A stretch of DNA of 53,466 bases. It comes from Candidatus Methylomirabilia bacterium (lineage in GTDB: Bacteria; Methylomirabilota; Methylomirabilia; Rokubacteriales; CSP1-6). Positions 28,646-38,094 of the stretch are shown here, piece by piece. A program made the translations under genes and the position numbers. The notes below the pieces were generated by a model. That model saw only the letters and a program-made list of their open reading frames with translations. It searched no databases and was not told the origin of the DNA. Numbering within the stretch: the first letter of the stretch is position 1; each line of letters begins with the position of its first letter. The stretch lies in the NCBI GenBank assembly GCA_041497895.1, contig JBGQHJ010000016.1, positions 1-53,466 on the forward strand, written 5' to 3'.

Positions 28646-29512
28646 TCAGTACTCGGTGTGGCCGCGCAGCAGGCGGAACTGGAGCAGCGAGAAGGCCAGG
28701 ATGACCGCGAAGAGGACCCACGCCATCGCGGACGCGGAGCCGAACTGGAAGAAGTTCTGGAACGCGGTCTCGTAGAGGTGCTGGACCACGGTGCGGGTGG
28801 CGTCACCGGGGCCGCCCCCGGTGAGGACGAAGACCTGGCCGAAGAGCTGGAACGAGCCGATGACGTGCGTCACCACCACGAAGAGGAGCACCGGGCGCAG
28901 GAGCGGCAGCGTGATCGCCCAGAACGCGCGCCCGCCGGAGGCGCCGTCGAGCGCGGCCGCCTCGTAGAGCTCGCGCGGGATGTCCTGGAGACCGGCCAGG
29001 TAGACCACCAGGTAGTAGCCGGTCACCCACCACACGGTGGTGAGGATGATGGCCCACATCGCGGTGTGGGGATCGGCGAGCCAGGAGCGCGCGGGCGCCC
29101 CGAGCGCGCGCAGGTAGTAGTTGAACGGGCCCACCACCGGGTCGAGGAGCCAGAGCCACGCGAGGCCAACCGTGACCACCGAGAGCGTGAACGGGAAGAA
29201 GAAGACGCTTCGCAGCACGTTCTTCAGGCGCCCGCGGTTGAGGGCCAGGGCCAGGACGAGCGGGACGGCCAGGATGGGGAGCGTGCTGGCCACCGTGTAG
29301 AACGCGGTGTTCCAGAGGCTCACCTGGAAGCGCGTGTCCTCGAGGAGCCGCGCGTAGTTCGCGAGCCCGACCCACTGCTGGGTCGGCCGGCCGAGGCGCG
29401 CGTTGGTGAAGGAGAGCCGCAGGCCCTCGAGGAGCGGGTAGAGACGGTAGACCGCGAAGAGCAGGAGGCCCGGCGCCAGGAAGCCATACGCGACGCGCGT
29501 CTGCCGCGACAC
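28646..29512 (-). CDS. carbohydrate ABC transporter permease
   Basis: WVGLANY, ELYEAAALDGA, TGGGP. Confidence 0.93.
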   Translation of the reverse strand: MSRQTRVAYGFLAPGLLLFAVYRLYPLLEGLRLSFTNARLGRPTQQWVGLANYARLLEDTRFQVSLWNTAFYTVASTLPILAVPLVLALALNRGRLKNVLRSVFFFPFTLSVVTVGLAWLWLLDPVVGPFNYYLRALGAPARSWLADPHTAMWAIILTTVWWVTGYYLVVYLAGLQDIPRELYEAAALDGASGGRAFWAITLPLLRPVLLFVVVTHVIGSFQLFGQVFVLTGGGPGDATRTVVQHLYETAFQNFFQFGSASAMAWVLFAVILAFSLLQFRLLRGHTEY

Positions 29513-29513
29513 G

Positions 29514-30842
29514 CTAGTCGGGCAGCGCGTTGATCTGGCGGGCCAGATCCTCCATCGCCGCCTTCGCGGGCTTCTGGCCGGTGTAGACCGCCTCGATCAC
29601 CGGGCGGGTCAGGTTCTCGGCCGCCACCCACTTGGGGGTGGGCTGGCCGACCTGCCAGCTCGGGGCCTGGGCGAGCAGCGCGCGCAGCACCGGGTCGGCG
29701 GTGACGCGCGGATCGGAGTGGGCCTTGCGGCTCGCCGAGACCTGGCCGGCCTTGAGCGTCCACTCCGCGACGTGGTCGGTCATCCAGCGCGCGTGAGCCC
29801 ACGCCGCGTCGCGCTTGGCGCGGTCGGCCGCCTTCGGCTTCGGGAACGTGTACTGGTGGGGCATCGCCCACACCACCGCCTGCTTGAACAGGCGCGGCAC
29901 CGGCACCGCCACGAACTCCACCTTGGCCTCACGCAGGCCGGTGAAGTTCCAGGAGCCGGCGATCCACATGCCGAGCTTGCCCGCGATGAAGGCGTCGCGG
30001 CAGTTGGCGTTGGCGGGCGGGGCGATCTTGAGCTGACCGTCGAGCGCCCCCCAGAACTCGGCGACCTCGAGGGCGGCCGGATCGGCGACGCCGGCCTTCT
30101 TGAGATCCGGCGCGTACACGTTCGCCCCGTTCTGCCAGAGCAGGTTGTGGAAGCCCCAGGTGTAGCGGCCGGGGCCGACGGTGCCGATCGCGAAGCCGAA
30201 GGTGTCGGCCTTGGCCGCGATGCGCTTGGCCATCGTGACCAGCTCGTCGCGGCTCGCCGGCACCCGCGGCCGGCCGTCCGCGCCCGTGAGACCGGCCTCT
30301 TTCATCACCTTCACGTTCAGGTAGAGGATGTGCTGGGGCACGTCGAGCGGTAGCGAGTAGCGCTTGCCCTGGAAGGTGCCGCCCTGCCACATGGCGGGCA
30401 GGTAGTCCTCGCCGCGGAAGCCCTTGGCGGAGGCGGTGGCCTCGTCGATGACCTCGAGCACCCCGTCGTTGGCGAAGTGGGGGACCTCGACGGTGTGGAT
30501 GAGGGCGAGATCGGGGCCCTCGCCGGCCGGCACCGCGACCTGCAGCTTGGCGTAGAGGTCGGCCCACGGCAGGCGCTGCTGCTCGATGCGGATGCCGGTG
30601 TCACGGGTGAACTGGTCGATGAGCTCGTCCATCACCTTGCCGTCGGCCCCGGTGAGGCCGTTCCAGTAGGTGATGGTGGCCTTGGGCTGCGCGGTGGCCC
30701 GGCGGGCCCACGCGGCCACGGAGGCGGCGCCCGCGCCGGCCACGAAGGCTCGCCGGCTCACTCCCGCTCGCCGCGCGCCGCGCCGCGCGCCGCTCCCGCT
30801 GCTGCCGTTGACGCCGTCGACTCCGTTGCCGTGCCCGCTCAT
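29514..30842 (-). CDS. carbohydrate ABC transporter substrate-binding protein with Tat-like signal
   Basis: GGAGG before ATG 30842; SRRAFV twin-arginine motif; GEGPDL and FIAGKLGM motifs. Confidence 0.88.
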   Translation of the reverse strand: MSGHGNGVDGVNGSSGSGARRGARRAGVSRRAFVAGAGAASVAAWARRATAQPKATITYWNGLTGADGKVMDELIDQFTRDTGIRIEQQRLPWADLYAKLQVAVPAGEGPDLALIHTVEVPHFANDGVLEVIDEATASAKGFRGEDYLPAMWQGGTFQGKRYSLPLDVPQHILYLNVKVMKEAGLTGADGRPRVPASRDELVTMAKRIAAKADTFGFAIGTVGPGRYTWGFHNLLWQNGANVYAPDLKKAGVADPAALEVAEFWGALDGQLKIAPPANANCRDAFIAGKLGMWIAGSWNFTGLREAKVEFVAVPVPRLFKQAVVWAMPHQYTFPKPKAADRAKRDAAWAHARWMTDHVAEWTLKAGQVSASRKAHSDPRVTADPVLRALLAQAPSWQVGQPTPKWVAAENLTRPVIEAVYTGQKPAKAAMEDLARQINALPD

Positions 30843-30862
30843 TGGCGTATCCTCCGGGCGTG

Positions 30863-30922
30863 ACTGTACGGCCCGGCGCGCCACACTGTCAAATTGACAC
30901 GCCCGGAGCCGGCTCCTAGACT
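30863..30922. promoter_or_regulatory. back-to-back divergent sigma70 promoters sharing palindrome TGTCAA-A-TTGACA
   Basis: Plus strand: TTGACA(30894)-17-TAGACT(30917). Minus strand: TTGACA(30892)-18-TACAGT(30868). Confidence 0.7.
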
Positions 30923-30930
30923 CGGACGCC

Positions 30931-32433
30931 ATGACCACGCGCATCGGCATCGACCTGCGACGACGGCTGGGCACGGTGGACCCGCGCATCTTCGGCCAGT
31001 TCATCGAGCACCTCGGCCGCTGCATCTACGGCGGCATCTACGAGGAGGGCTCGCCGCGCAGCGACTCGCGCGGGTTTCGTCTGGATGTCCTGGAGGCGGC
31101 GCGCCCGCTTCGCTTCCCGGTGCTCCGCTGGCCCGGCGGCAACTTCGTGAGCGGCTACCACTGGCTCGACGGGGTGGGGCCGAAGGCCGCGCGGCCACGG
31201 CGCAGCGAGCTCGCGTGGTACGCGGAGGAGTCGAACCGCTTCGGCACCAACGAGTTCATCGAGTACTGCCGCGAGCTCGGGACCGAGCCCATCATCTGCG
31301 TCAACATGGGCTCGGGCAGCATGGACGAGGCCCAGGCCTGGGTCGAGTACTGCAACGGCGCCGGCGACACCTCGTGGGCCAACCTGCGCCGGAGCCACGG
31401 CTACCCGGAGCCGCACCGCGTGCGCTACTGGGGGCTCGGCAACGAGATGTACGGGGGCTGGCAGATCGGGAGCCTCGAGGCGCGGGACTACGTGAAGAAG
31501 GCGCGCGCGTTCGCGATGGTGATGAAACGCACCGACCCCACGATCCAGCTCGTGGGCTGCGGCCAGAACGGCTGGAGCCAGTGGGACGAGGTGGTGCTGG
31601 ACGGCCTGGCGGAGCTGGTCGACTTCCACTCGATCCACCTCTACACCGGCGGGGTCGACCACTACACCACCGTGATGCAGTCGCACCAGGCGGAGCGCGC
31701 GGTCCGCATCTGCGCCGCGCTGATCGAGCGGGTCCGCCACATGAAGCAGATCGCGCACCCCATCCACATCGCCTTCGACGAGTGGAACGTGTGGTGGAGG
31801 ACCCGCAGCCACGAAGACCGGGTGGGCGGGGTGGAGGAGCGCTATACCCTCACCGACGCCCTCGCGATCGCCACGTATCTCCACGGCTTCATCCGCCAGT
31901 GCCGGGTGGTGCGCATGGCCAACTTCGCGCAGCTCGTCAACGCGATCGCCCCGATCTTCACCGGCCGCCAGGGCCTGTTCCTCCAGACGATCTACCACCC
32001 GCTCCGGCTCTACGCCGAGCACACCCGGCCGATCGCCCTCGACGCGCACGTGGAGGGCCCGCAGTACGTCCTGCCGCCCGAGCGGGAGACGGACGTGGGC
32101 GGAGGGCGCGTGCACCACGTCTCGGACCTGGGGCCGTTCTCGCTGATCGACGCGGTCGCGAGCTCGGACGATGCCGGGCGCGAGATCACGGTGGCCCTGG
32201 TCAACCGCGATCGCGATCGGGACCTGCCCGCGACCATCGAGGTGGCCGGCGCCGACGTGGCGGGCGAGGTGAGCGGTTGGGAGGTGAACGGCCCGGACGC
32301 CGAGGCCACGAACTCCTTCGAGCACCCGACCCGCGTGGGCGTGCGCGAGCGCCACGCCACCGCCCGGAGCGGCGGGCTCGACTACGTCTGCCCCGCCCAC
32401 TCCATCACCCTCCTCCGCCTCCGCGCCCGCTGA
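30931..32433 (+). CDS. alpha-L-arabinofuranosidase, GH51
   Basis: GQFIEHLGRCIYGG, RWPGGNF, WGLGNEM (acid/base), FDEWN (nucleophile), AQLVN. Confidence 0.93.
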   Translation: MTTRIGIDLRRRLGTVDPRIFGQFIEHLGRCIYGGIYEEGSPRSDSRGFRLDVLEAARPLRFPVLRWPGGNFVSGYHWLDGVGPKAARPRRSELAWYAEESNRFGTNEFIEYCRELGTEPIICVNMGSGSMDEAQAWVEYCNGAGDTSWANLRRSHGYPEPHRVRYWGLGNEMYGGWQIGSLEARDYVKKARAFAMVMKRTDPTIQLVGCGQNGWSQWDEVVLDGLAELVDFHSIHLYTGGVDHYTTVMQSHQAERAVRICAALIERVRHMKQIAHPIHIAFDEWNVWWRTRSHEDRVGGVEERYTLTDALAIATYLHGFIRQCRVVRMANFAQLVNAIAPIFTGRQGLFLQTIYHPLRLYAEHTRPIALDAHVEGPQYVLPPERETDVGGGRVHHVSDLGPFSLIDAVASSDDAGREITVALVNRDRDRDLPATIEVAGADVAGEVSGWEVNGPDAEATNSFEHPTRVGVRERHATARSGGLDYVCPAHSITLLRLRAR

Positions 32434-32434
32434 T

Positions 32435-32503
32435 CTCTCCCTCTCCCCTCAGGGGAGAGGGCCGGGTGAGGGGCGCAAGGGTGAGGGGCTCGAAGGTGAG
32501 GGG
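32435..32503. repeat. REP-like palindromic element, copy 2, with three GGTGAGGGG units at a 15-nt period
   Basis: CCCTCTCCCC-TCA-GGGGAGAGGG, then GGTGAGGGG at 32465, 32480 and 32495. Confidence 0.75.
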
Positions 32504-32513
32504 TGGTCCCCGC

Positions 32514-33740
32514 CTACGCCTCCGCCGCGATCGTCCGGAACGCGCGCTCGGTCGCGTCGAGCGTGCGGGCCACGTCCTCCTCGGTGTGGGCCGCCGACAC
32601 GAACCAGTTGTGGGCCGGGTGCGCGTAGGCCCCGCCCTGCGTGACGAGCGAGCACCAGCGGCGGATCCGCGCGCGCTCCGGATCGTCGGCGAAGCGGATC
32701 ACCGGCATCGCGGGCTGGCCGGTGGGCAGCAGCGGCACCCCGAGGCGCTCCGCCTGCTCCGCGAGCCCGTCGGCCAGCAGGCCGCCGATGCGCCGGATGT
32801 GGCCGATGGCGTCGGTGTGCTCGAGGACCGCGAGGGTGGCGAGCGCGGCCGCGAAGGCCCCGCTCGCGAAGAAGAAGGAGCCGGTGAAGTAGATGCGCTC
32901 GGCCGCCCCGCGCAGGGCCTCGCGCGCCAGGGCGGCGGACAGCGCGTGGCCGTTGGCGATGGCCTTGGAGTAGCAGATGAGGTCCGGCGCGGCGCCCCAG
33001 TGCTCGCAGGAGCCGCCCAGGTGGAAGCGGAAGCCGGCGCGCACGTCGTCCATCGCGAAGAGCGCCCCGTGCTCGTCGCACAGGGCGCGGAGCCCGGCGA
33101 AGAAGCCGGGCGCGGGCGCGGCGCCGGTCTGGTGGTCGAACGGCGTGGTCATGACCACCGCGATCTCGCCCGGGTGCGCGGCGAAGCAGGCGCGCAGCCC
33201 GTCGAGGTCGTTCCACCCGAACTCCAGCAGCTCGTCCCGATGGTGAGCGGGCACGCCGGGGAGATGCGGCAGGGCCCACGGGCGGGCCGCGTGGTAGGCG
33301 CCGCGCGCGCGGACGATGCGGGGCCGGCCGGTGTGGGCGCGGGCCACGTCCACCGCCCAGCTCGTGGCGTCGGCGCCGTTCTTGCCGAACACGACCAGGT
33401 CCGCCCGCGGGGTGAGCGCGACGAGGCGCTCGGCCAGTTCGACCATGCGCGGGCCGGGCAGCGGCAGGCAGTCGCCCGCCGCGACCTGCTCGGCGACCGC
33501 CGACTCGACCGCGGGATGACCGTAGCCCAGGATCATCGGGCCGTAGGCGCACATCCAGTCGACGTACTCGTTGCCGTCGACGTCCCACACCCGCGAGCGC
33601 TCCGCGCGGGCGAGGAAGCGGGGATGGTCCTCGCCGAGGGCGGCGCCGTTCTGGTGACCGTAGACGCCGCCCGGCATGACCCGGCGGGCGCGCTCCCAGA
33701 GCGCGAGGCTCGCGGCCTGCCGGGGGGCGGGGAGCTCCAT
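32514..33740 (-). CDS. class III aminotransferase (glutamate-1-semialdehyde aminomutase-like)
   Basis: RVMPGG, WDVDGNEYVD, KNGADAT, DDVRAGFR, SKAIANG; start 33740 preferred over 33752. Confidence 0.88.
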   Translation of the reverse strand: MELPAPRQAASLALWERARRVMPGGVYGHQNGAALGEDHPRFLARAERSRVWDVDGNEYVDWMCAYGPMILGYGHPAVESAVAEQVAAGDCLPLPGPRMVELAERLVALTPRADLVVFGKNGADATSWAVDVARAHTGRPRIVRARGAYHAARPWALPHLPGVPAHHRDELLEFGWNDLDGLRACFAAHPGEIAVVMTTPFDHQTGAAPAPGFFAGLRALCDEHGALFAMDDVRAGFRFHLGGSCEHWGAAPDLICYSKAIANGHALSAALAREALRGAAERIYFTGSFFFASGAFAAALATLAVLEHTDAIGHIRRIGGLLADGLAEQAERLGVPLLPTGQPAMPVIRFADDPERARIRRWCSLVTQGGAYAHPAHNWFVSAAHTEEDVARTLDATERAFRTIAAEA

Positions 33741-33835
33741 GACCGCGGGCATGATAGCACCCGCGCCCGCTTCGCCCGACCGCGGCGGGGGCTAGGGCTC
33801 GAGGCCGAGCGCGGTCACCATCGGCTCATCGGCCC

Positions 33836-34003
33836 GACGCGCGGGCGCGGCAGGATCTCGGCTGGCAGCCGCGGTACGGCCTCGGGGCGGTCCTGGCGCG
33901 GCTCCGATCGGGCGAGGACTGGCGGAGCCCGCTGGCGCAGATGATCGGCGCCAAGGGCTACCACGACCGGGCGTTCGCCGAAGGAGCGTACCCGGTGGAC
34001 TAG
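33836..34003 (+). pseudogene. C-terminal remnant of an NAD-dependent epimerase/dehydratase-like gene
   Basis: Reads DARARQDLGWQPRY...RSPLAQMIGAKGYHDRAFAEGAYPVD*; no N-terminal Rossmann domain upstream. Confidence 0.6.
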
Positions 34004-34020
34004 GCCCGAGCCCCGACGCG

Positions 34021-34923
34021 CTAGGCCAGGTGTGGCAGCACCGCGGCGGCGAAGAGCCAGGTGCCTTCCGGCCGCGGCACGTCGGCGAAGTTGACGGTGA
34101 GGCGATCGGCCCCCTGCGCGACGATTCCCTGGAGCGCCTCCGTCACCTGGGCCGGCGTGCCCACGAGCTGGATGTCGGCGAGCGAGCGCGTCCCCGGCGC
34201 CGCCTCGAGGCGTAGGATGTCGCGCTCGCTCTCCGCGATCAGGATGCCGACGCGGACCACCTGCTTGATCTCGTCGTAGTCGCGGCCGACCTCGCGGCAG
34301 TGGGCCTTCAACACCTCCTGCTTGTGCGCGTAGGCCTCCGGGCCCTTCCACACGTAGTTCCACCAGTCGGCGTGCCGGGCGACCACCCGCAGCAGGAATT
34401 TCTCCCCCGAGCCGCCCACCATCACCGGCGGGATCGGGCTCGGACGCGGCTCGCAGTGCGCGCCCGCGACCGTGTAGTGCTCACCCTGGTGGTCGACCGG
34501 CCCGCCCGCCCACATGTGCCGGATCAGCTCGATGGCCTCCGCCAGCTGGGCGATCCGCACCTTCGCGGTCAGGTACGGCCAGCCGTAGGCCCGGTACTCC
34601 TCCTCGTTCCACCCGGCGCCGATGCCCAGGATCAGGCGACCGCCCGAGAGTGCCTGGGCGGTGGCCGCCATCTTGGCCAGGTGCGCCGGGTTGCGGAAGC
34701 TGTTGCAGAGCACCTCGTGCCCGCAGAGCTTGTCCGGGTAACGCGCCAGGGCCCAGGTGAGCAGCGTCCAGCCCTCCGCCACCTTGTTGGCGCCGTACTG
34801 CACGTGGTCGGGCAGCCAGAGCGAGTCGAACGGCGACGCAGTCTGGTCGTAATACGGGAAGGTGTCCTCGACGAGACGCGACCAGATGTTGAGACCGACC
34901 GGGACCCCGCGGCGCGCTGGCAT
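34021..34923 (-). CDS. LLM-class flavin-dependent oxidoreductase
   Basis: FDSLWLPDH, FRNPAHLAKMA, GRLILGIGAGW, GGSGEK, HADWWN. Confidence 0.92.
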   Translation of the reverse strand: MPARRGVPVGLNIWSRLVEDTFPYYDQTASPFDSLWLPDHVQYGANKVAEGWTLLTWALARYPDKLCGHEVLCNSFRNPAHLAKMAATAQALSGGRLILGIGAGWNEEEYRAYGWPYLTAKVRIAQLAEAIELIRHMWAGGPVDHQGEHYTVAGAHCEPRPSPIPPVMVGGSGEKFLLRVVARHADWWNYVWKGPEAYAHKQEVLKAHCREVGRDYDEIKQVVRVGILIAESERDILRLEAAPGTRSLADIQLVGTPAQVTEALQGIVAQGADRLTVNFADVPRPEGTWLFAAAVLPHLA

Positions 34924-35009
34924 GGCCCGGTGATGCTACCCCGCGGGCGATCCAGCGTCCAGGCGGTGGGCTATACTCGTCGCGGCTCACGAAAGGAGAT
35001 CCCGCGCCC

Positions 35010-38000
35010 ATGCCGTCATCCCTGCCCGCACCACCCTCGCAGGCTGTCCGCGCCGTCCTGACCATCCTGTCCGCCCTCGTCGTGTGCTCGGCGGTGGGCG
35101 GTGCCGCGCCGGCGGCGGCCCAGCCGCTCAAGAACGTGGGCGACGAGCGGGTGATCGGCAAGAACCGGACGGGCGAGGAGTGCCGCCTGCGCCTGCTCGA
35201 TCGGCGCACCGACCCGATCCCGTTCGAGCGCTACGGGCTCTTCTGCGAGGGATGGAACCAGCCCAGCGGCGAGGTCCGCCGCTTCGGGGTGCACCGGGAC
35301 GCGAAGCCCGAGGGCGTCCTCACCGAGGGCTGGTACCCGAAGGCGTACGAGACACGGGTCGGCGAGTGCAAGCCGGTCGAACCCACCGCGCTGTCGGTGG
35401 GCGGCGCCTCCGCGCTGCGCGAGTGCCGGCGGCTGGACGGCGGCTGGCGGGTGCTGGTGGTGGGCGCGGTGCTGGGCCGGCGCGGCTACGGGCTCGAGAC
35501 GTTCCCGACCAATCTTCCGCTGCTCGAGGTGGCGGTCGAGGTGCTCGAGGGCAAGCGCAGCATCGATCAGCCCGGCGCGCCGCCGGTCTCGGCCGCGATC
35601 CGCCACGCCGAGACCATGGTCGGTGCGACCGGCAAGCTCATCGGGGTGCAGGACATCGGCGCGCGCGCGAGCCTCTACCGGCTGGGCCAGCTCCAGAACT
35701 GGTCGGCGCACTATCCGGAGTCGGAGGCGACGTTCCGGCGCCTGCTCGAGCTGGAGGAGCGCCTGCTCGGTAAGGACGACCCGGCCTCCGCCAACACGAT
35801 CAGCTGGCTCGGGCTCGACGTGGGGGATCAACACCGGTTCGCGGAGGCGGACCAGATCTTCGCCCGGGCCGAGGCGGTGCTGAAGGGCCCATCGACCCTG
35901 GACGACAACATCCGCTATCTCAACCATCGATCGCTGGTCGAGCGGCAGCGGCCCGACTACGCGAAGGCGATCGCCTACGCGGAGGACGCGGTGCGCCGGA
36001 GCGGAGGGGGCGGCAACCCGGACTCCACGCGGATGGCCTGGAGCCTGCTCACGCTGTCGCTGGCCCAGCGCCCGGCCAGCCAGCTGGACGAGGCCCAGCA
36101 GAGCGCGGAGCGGGCGCTCGCGATCCTGAACCGGCCGGGGACCTTCCCGGAGTTCCGCCTCTGGTGGGCCGGGGAGGCCTACGCACAGCTCGGCAGCATC
36201 CACCGGGACAAGAAGGAGTTTGCGGCCGCGCGGGCGTCGTACGACAAGGGCCTCGAGCGGCGCCGGCTGCTCCTGGGCGACTCGGTCCGGGTCGCCGACT
36301 CCTACCTGCTGCTGGGACGACTCGGGCGGGTCGAGGGCAACCTGCCCGCCGCGCTCGCCGACTACCGGCAGGCCGCGGCGATCCAGGTCGCCGACCGGCC
36401 GACGCGCGAGAGGACGCGCCCCGACGGCGTGACCGGCTATCTCGACACGCTCATCGACCTGGTCGCCGCGTCGCCCGCGGAGCGACCGGCCCTCTCCGCG
36501 GAGGCGTTCGCGGCGGCGCAGATCCCGCGCGGCGGCGAGACCGCGCGGGCCATCACCAACATGGCCGCGCGCCTGGACGTCGCCGATCCGGCGGTGCGGA
36601 CCGCGGCGCGCGAGTTCCAGGAGGCGAGCCGCGAGCGGGATCGCATCCGCCAGGCGCTCGCGGTCGAGACGTTCCGGGAGCCGGACAAGCGGGCCGCCGC
36701 CAGCGAGGAAGCGATGAAGGGGGACCTCCGTGCGGCCGAGGAGAAGATCGCGAGCCTCGAGCGCCGGCTCCAGGCCGAGCTGCCGCGCTACGCCCAGATC
36801 ACCGCGGGGCGGCCGCTGCCGGTGGCCGAGCTGGCGCCGCTGCTCCGGCCGGGAGAGGCGGTGGTCCTCTTCCTGCCGACCACCGACGCGACCTACGTCT
36901 TCCTGGTTCGCGACGGGCAGGCCCACGTGCATCGCGCGGCGATGCCGCTCCGGGAGCTGACCCGGCTCGTGCGCGCGATCCGGGCGAGCCTCGAGGTGGC
37001 CGACGGCAAGCTCAAGCCGTTCGACACCGCGGATGCCGCGCGGCTCTACGATCAGCTCCTGGCCCCGCTGGCCGACCGCCTCAAGGGCGCAACGCACTTG
37101 GTCGCGGTGCCGGGCGGGCCGCTGCTGAGCCTGCCCCTGGGGCTCCTCGTGACGAAGCCGCCGGCGGCCGCGGCGGACTATGCCCAGACCGGCTGGCTGG
37201 CGCGCGCCGTGGCGATCAGCGTGATTCCGTCCGTCTCGTCGCTCGGGTCGCTGCGCCAGGTCGCGGGGCGGTCCGCCGCCTCCCGCCCGTTCATCGGCTT
37301 CGGCGATCCCGACTTCGCGGGCGCGCCCGGCACGACGCGGGGGCTCGAGACGCTGGGCGCGCTCTGTCGGCAGGGCGAGCCGGTCGACACCGCGCTGGTG
37401 CGCGAGCTGCCGCGGCTGCGCGAGACCGCGCGCGAGCTGGAGCAGATCGCGACCGCGCTCGGCGCGGACCGGGCGAGCGTGATCACGGGGCCGGGCGCGA
37501 GCGAGCGGGCGGTGCGGAGCGCCAACCTCGCCGACTACCGCGTGCTCGCCTTCGCCACCCACGGTCTGCTGCCGGGCGAGCTCCGGTGCAAGTCGGAGCC
37601 GGCGCTGGCCTTGACGCCGCCGGCCACGCCCACCGCGGCCGACGACGGGCTGCTCGACGCGAGCGAGGTGGCCCAGCTCAAGCTCGACGCGGACTGGGTG
37701 CTGCTGTCGGCGTGCAACACCGCGAGCCCCGATGGCAAGCTCGGCGGCGAGAGCCTGTCGGGGCTCGCGCGCGCGTTCTTCTACGCGGGGGCCCGCTCGG
37801 TCCTGGCCTCGCACTGGGCGGTGGCGTCGCGCGCGACGGTGGCGCTCACCACGGGGGCCTTCGACGCGCTCGCTCGCGACGCCTCGCTCGGTCGCGCGGA
37901 GGCGCTGCGGCGCTCGGCCCTCAAGCTGGCCGGCGAGAAGGACACCGGGCACCCGTTCTTCTGGGCCCCGTTCGTGCTGGTCGGAGACGGAGGCGCGCCG

Positions 38001-38012
38001 TCGCGGCCTTGA
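35010..38012 (+). CDS. exported TPR + CHAT (caspase-like) domain protein
   Basis: Signal peptide; TPR-like middle region; C-terminal FATHG, LSACNT, LARAFFYAG and HPFFWAPF; AAGGAG RBS. Confidence 0.9.
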   Translation: MPSSLPAPPSQAVRAVLTILSALVVCSAVGGAAPAAAQPLKNVGDERVIGKNRTGEECRLRLLDRRTDPIPFERYGLFCEGWNQPSGEVRRFGVHRDAKPEGVLTEGWYPKAYETRVGECKPVEPTALSVGGASALRECRRLDGGWRVLVVGAVLGRRGYGLETFPTNLPLLEVAVEVLEGKRSIDQPGAPPVSAAIRHAETMVGATGKLIGVQDIGARASLYRLGQLQNWSAHYPESEATFRRLLELEERLLGKDDPASANTISWLGLDVGDQHRFAEADQIFARAEAVLKGPSTLDDNIRYLNHRSLVERQRPDYAKAIAYAEDAVRRSGGGGNPDSTRMAWSLLTLSLAQRPASQLDEAQQSAERALAILNRPGTFPEFRLWWAGEAYAQLGSIHRDKKEFAAARASYDKGLERRRLLLGDSVRVADSYLLLGRLGRVEGNLPAALADYRQAAAIQVADRPTRERTRPDGVTGYLDTLIDLVAASPAERPALSAEAFAAAQIPRGGETARAITNMAARLDVADPAVRTAAREFQEASRERDRIRQALAVETFREPDKRAAASEEAMKGDLRAAEEKIASLERRLQAELPRYAQITAGRPLPVAELAPLLRPGEAVVLFLPTTDATYVFLVRDGQAHVHRAAMPLRELTRLVRAIRASLEVADGKLKPFDTADAARLYDQLLAPLADRLKGATHLVAVPGGPLLSLPLGLLVTKPPAAAADYAQTGWLARAVAISVIPSVSSLGSLRQVAGRSAASRPFIGFGDPDFAGAPGTTRGLETLGALCRQGEPVDTALVRELPRLRETARELEQIATALGADRASVITGPGASERAVRSANLADYRVLAFATHGLLPGELRCKSEPALALTPPATPTAADDGLLDASEVAQLKLDADWVLLSACNTASPDGKLGGESLSGLARAFFYAGARSVLASHWAVASRATVALTTGAFDALARDASLGRAEALRRSALKLAGEKDTGHPFFWAPFVLVGDGGAPSRP

Positions 38013-38094
38013 CCGACGCCGTCGTCTCCCCGAGTTGACGGGTCGGCCAGCGGGGCGCACACTCCGGGCATCGTCGGCCGGGTGGAGGGAGCCC

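Noticed and set aside
32465..32503. Periodic GGTGAGGGG units as a mini CRISPR array
   Set aside because: 9-nt repeats with 6-nt spacers are far too short, and no cas genes are present
32514..33740. hemL assignment
   Set aside because: Motifs diverge from canonical GSA aminomutase (KNGADAT, DDVRAGFR) and no tetrapyrrole genes are nearby; symbol withheld
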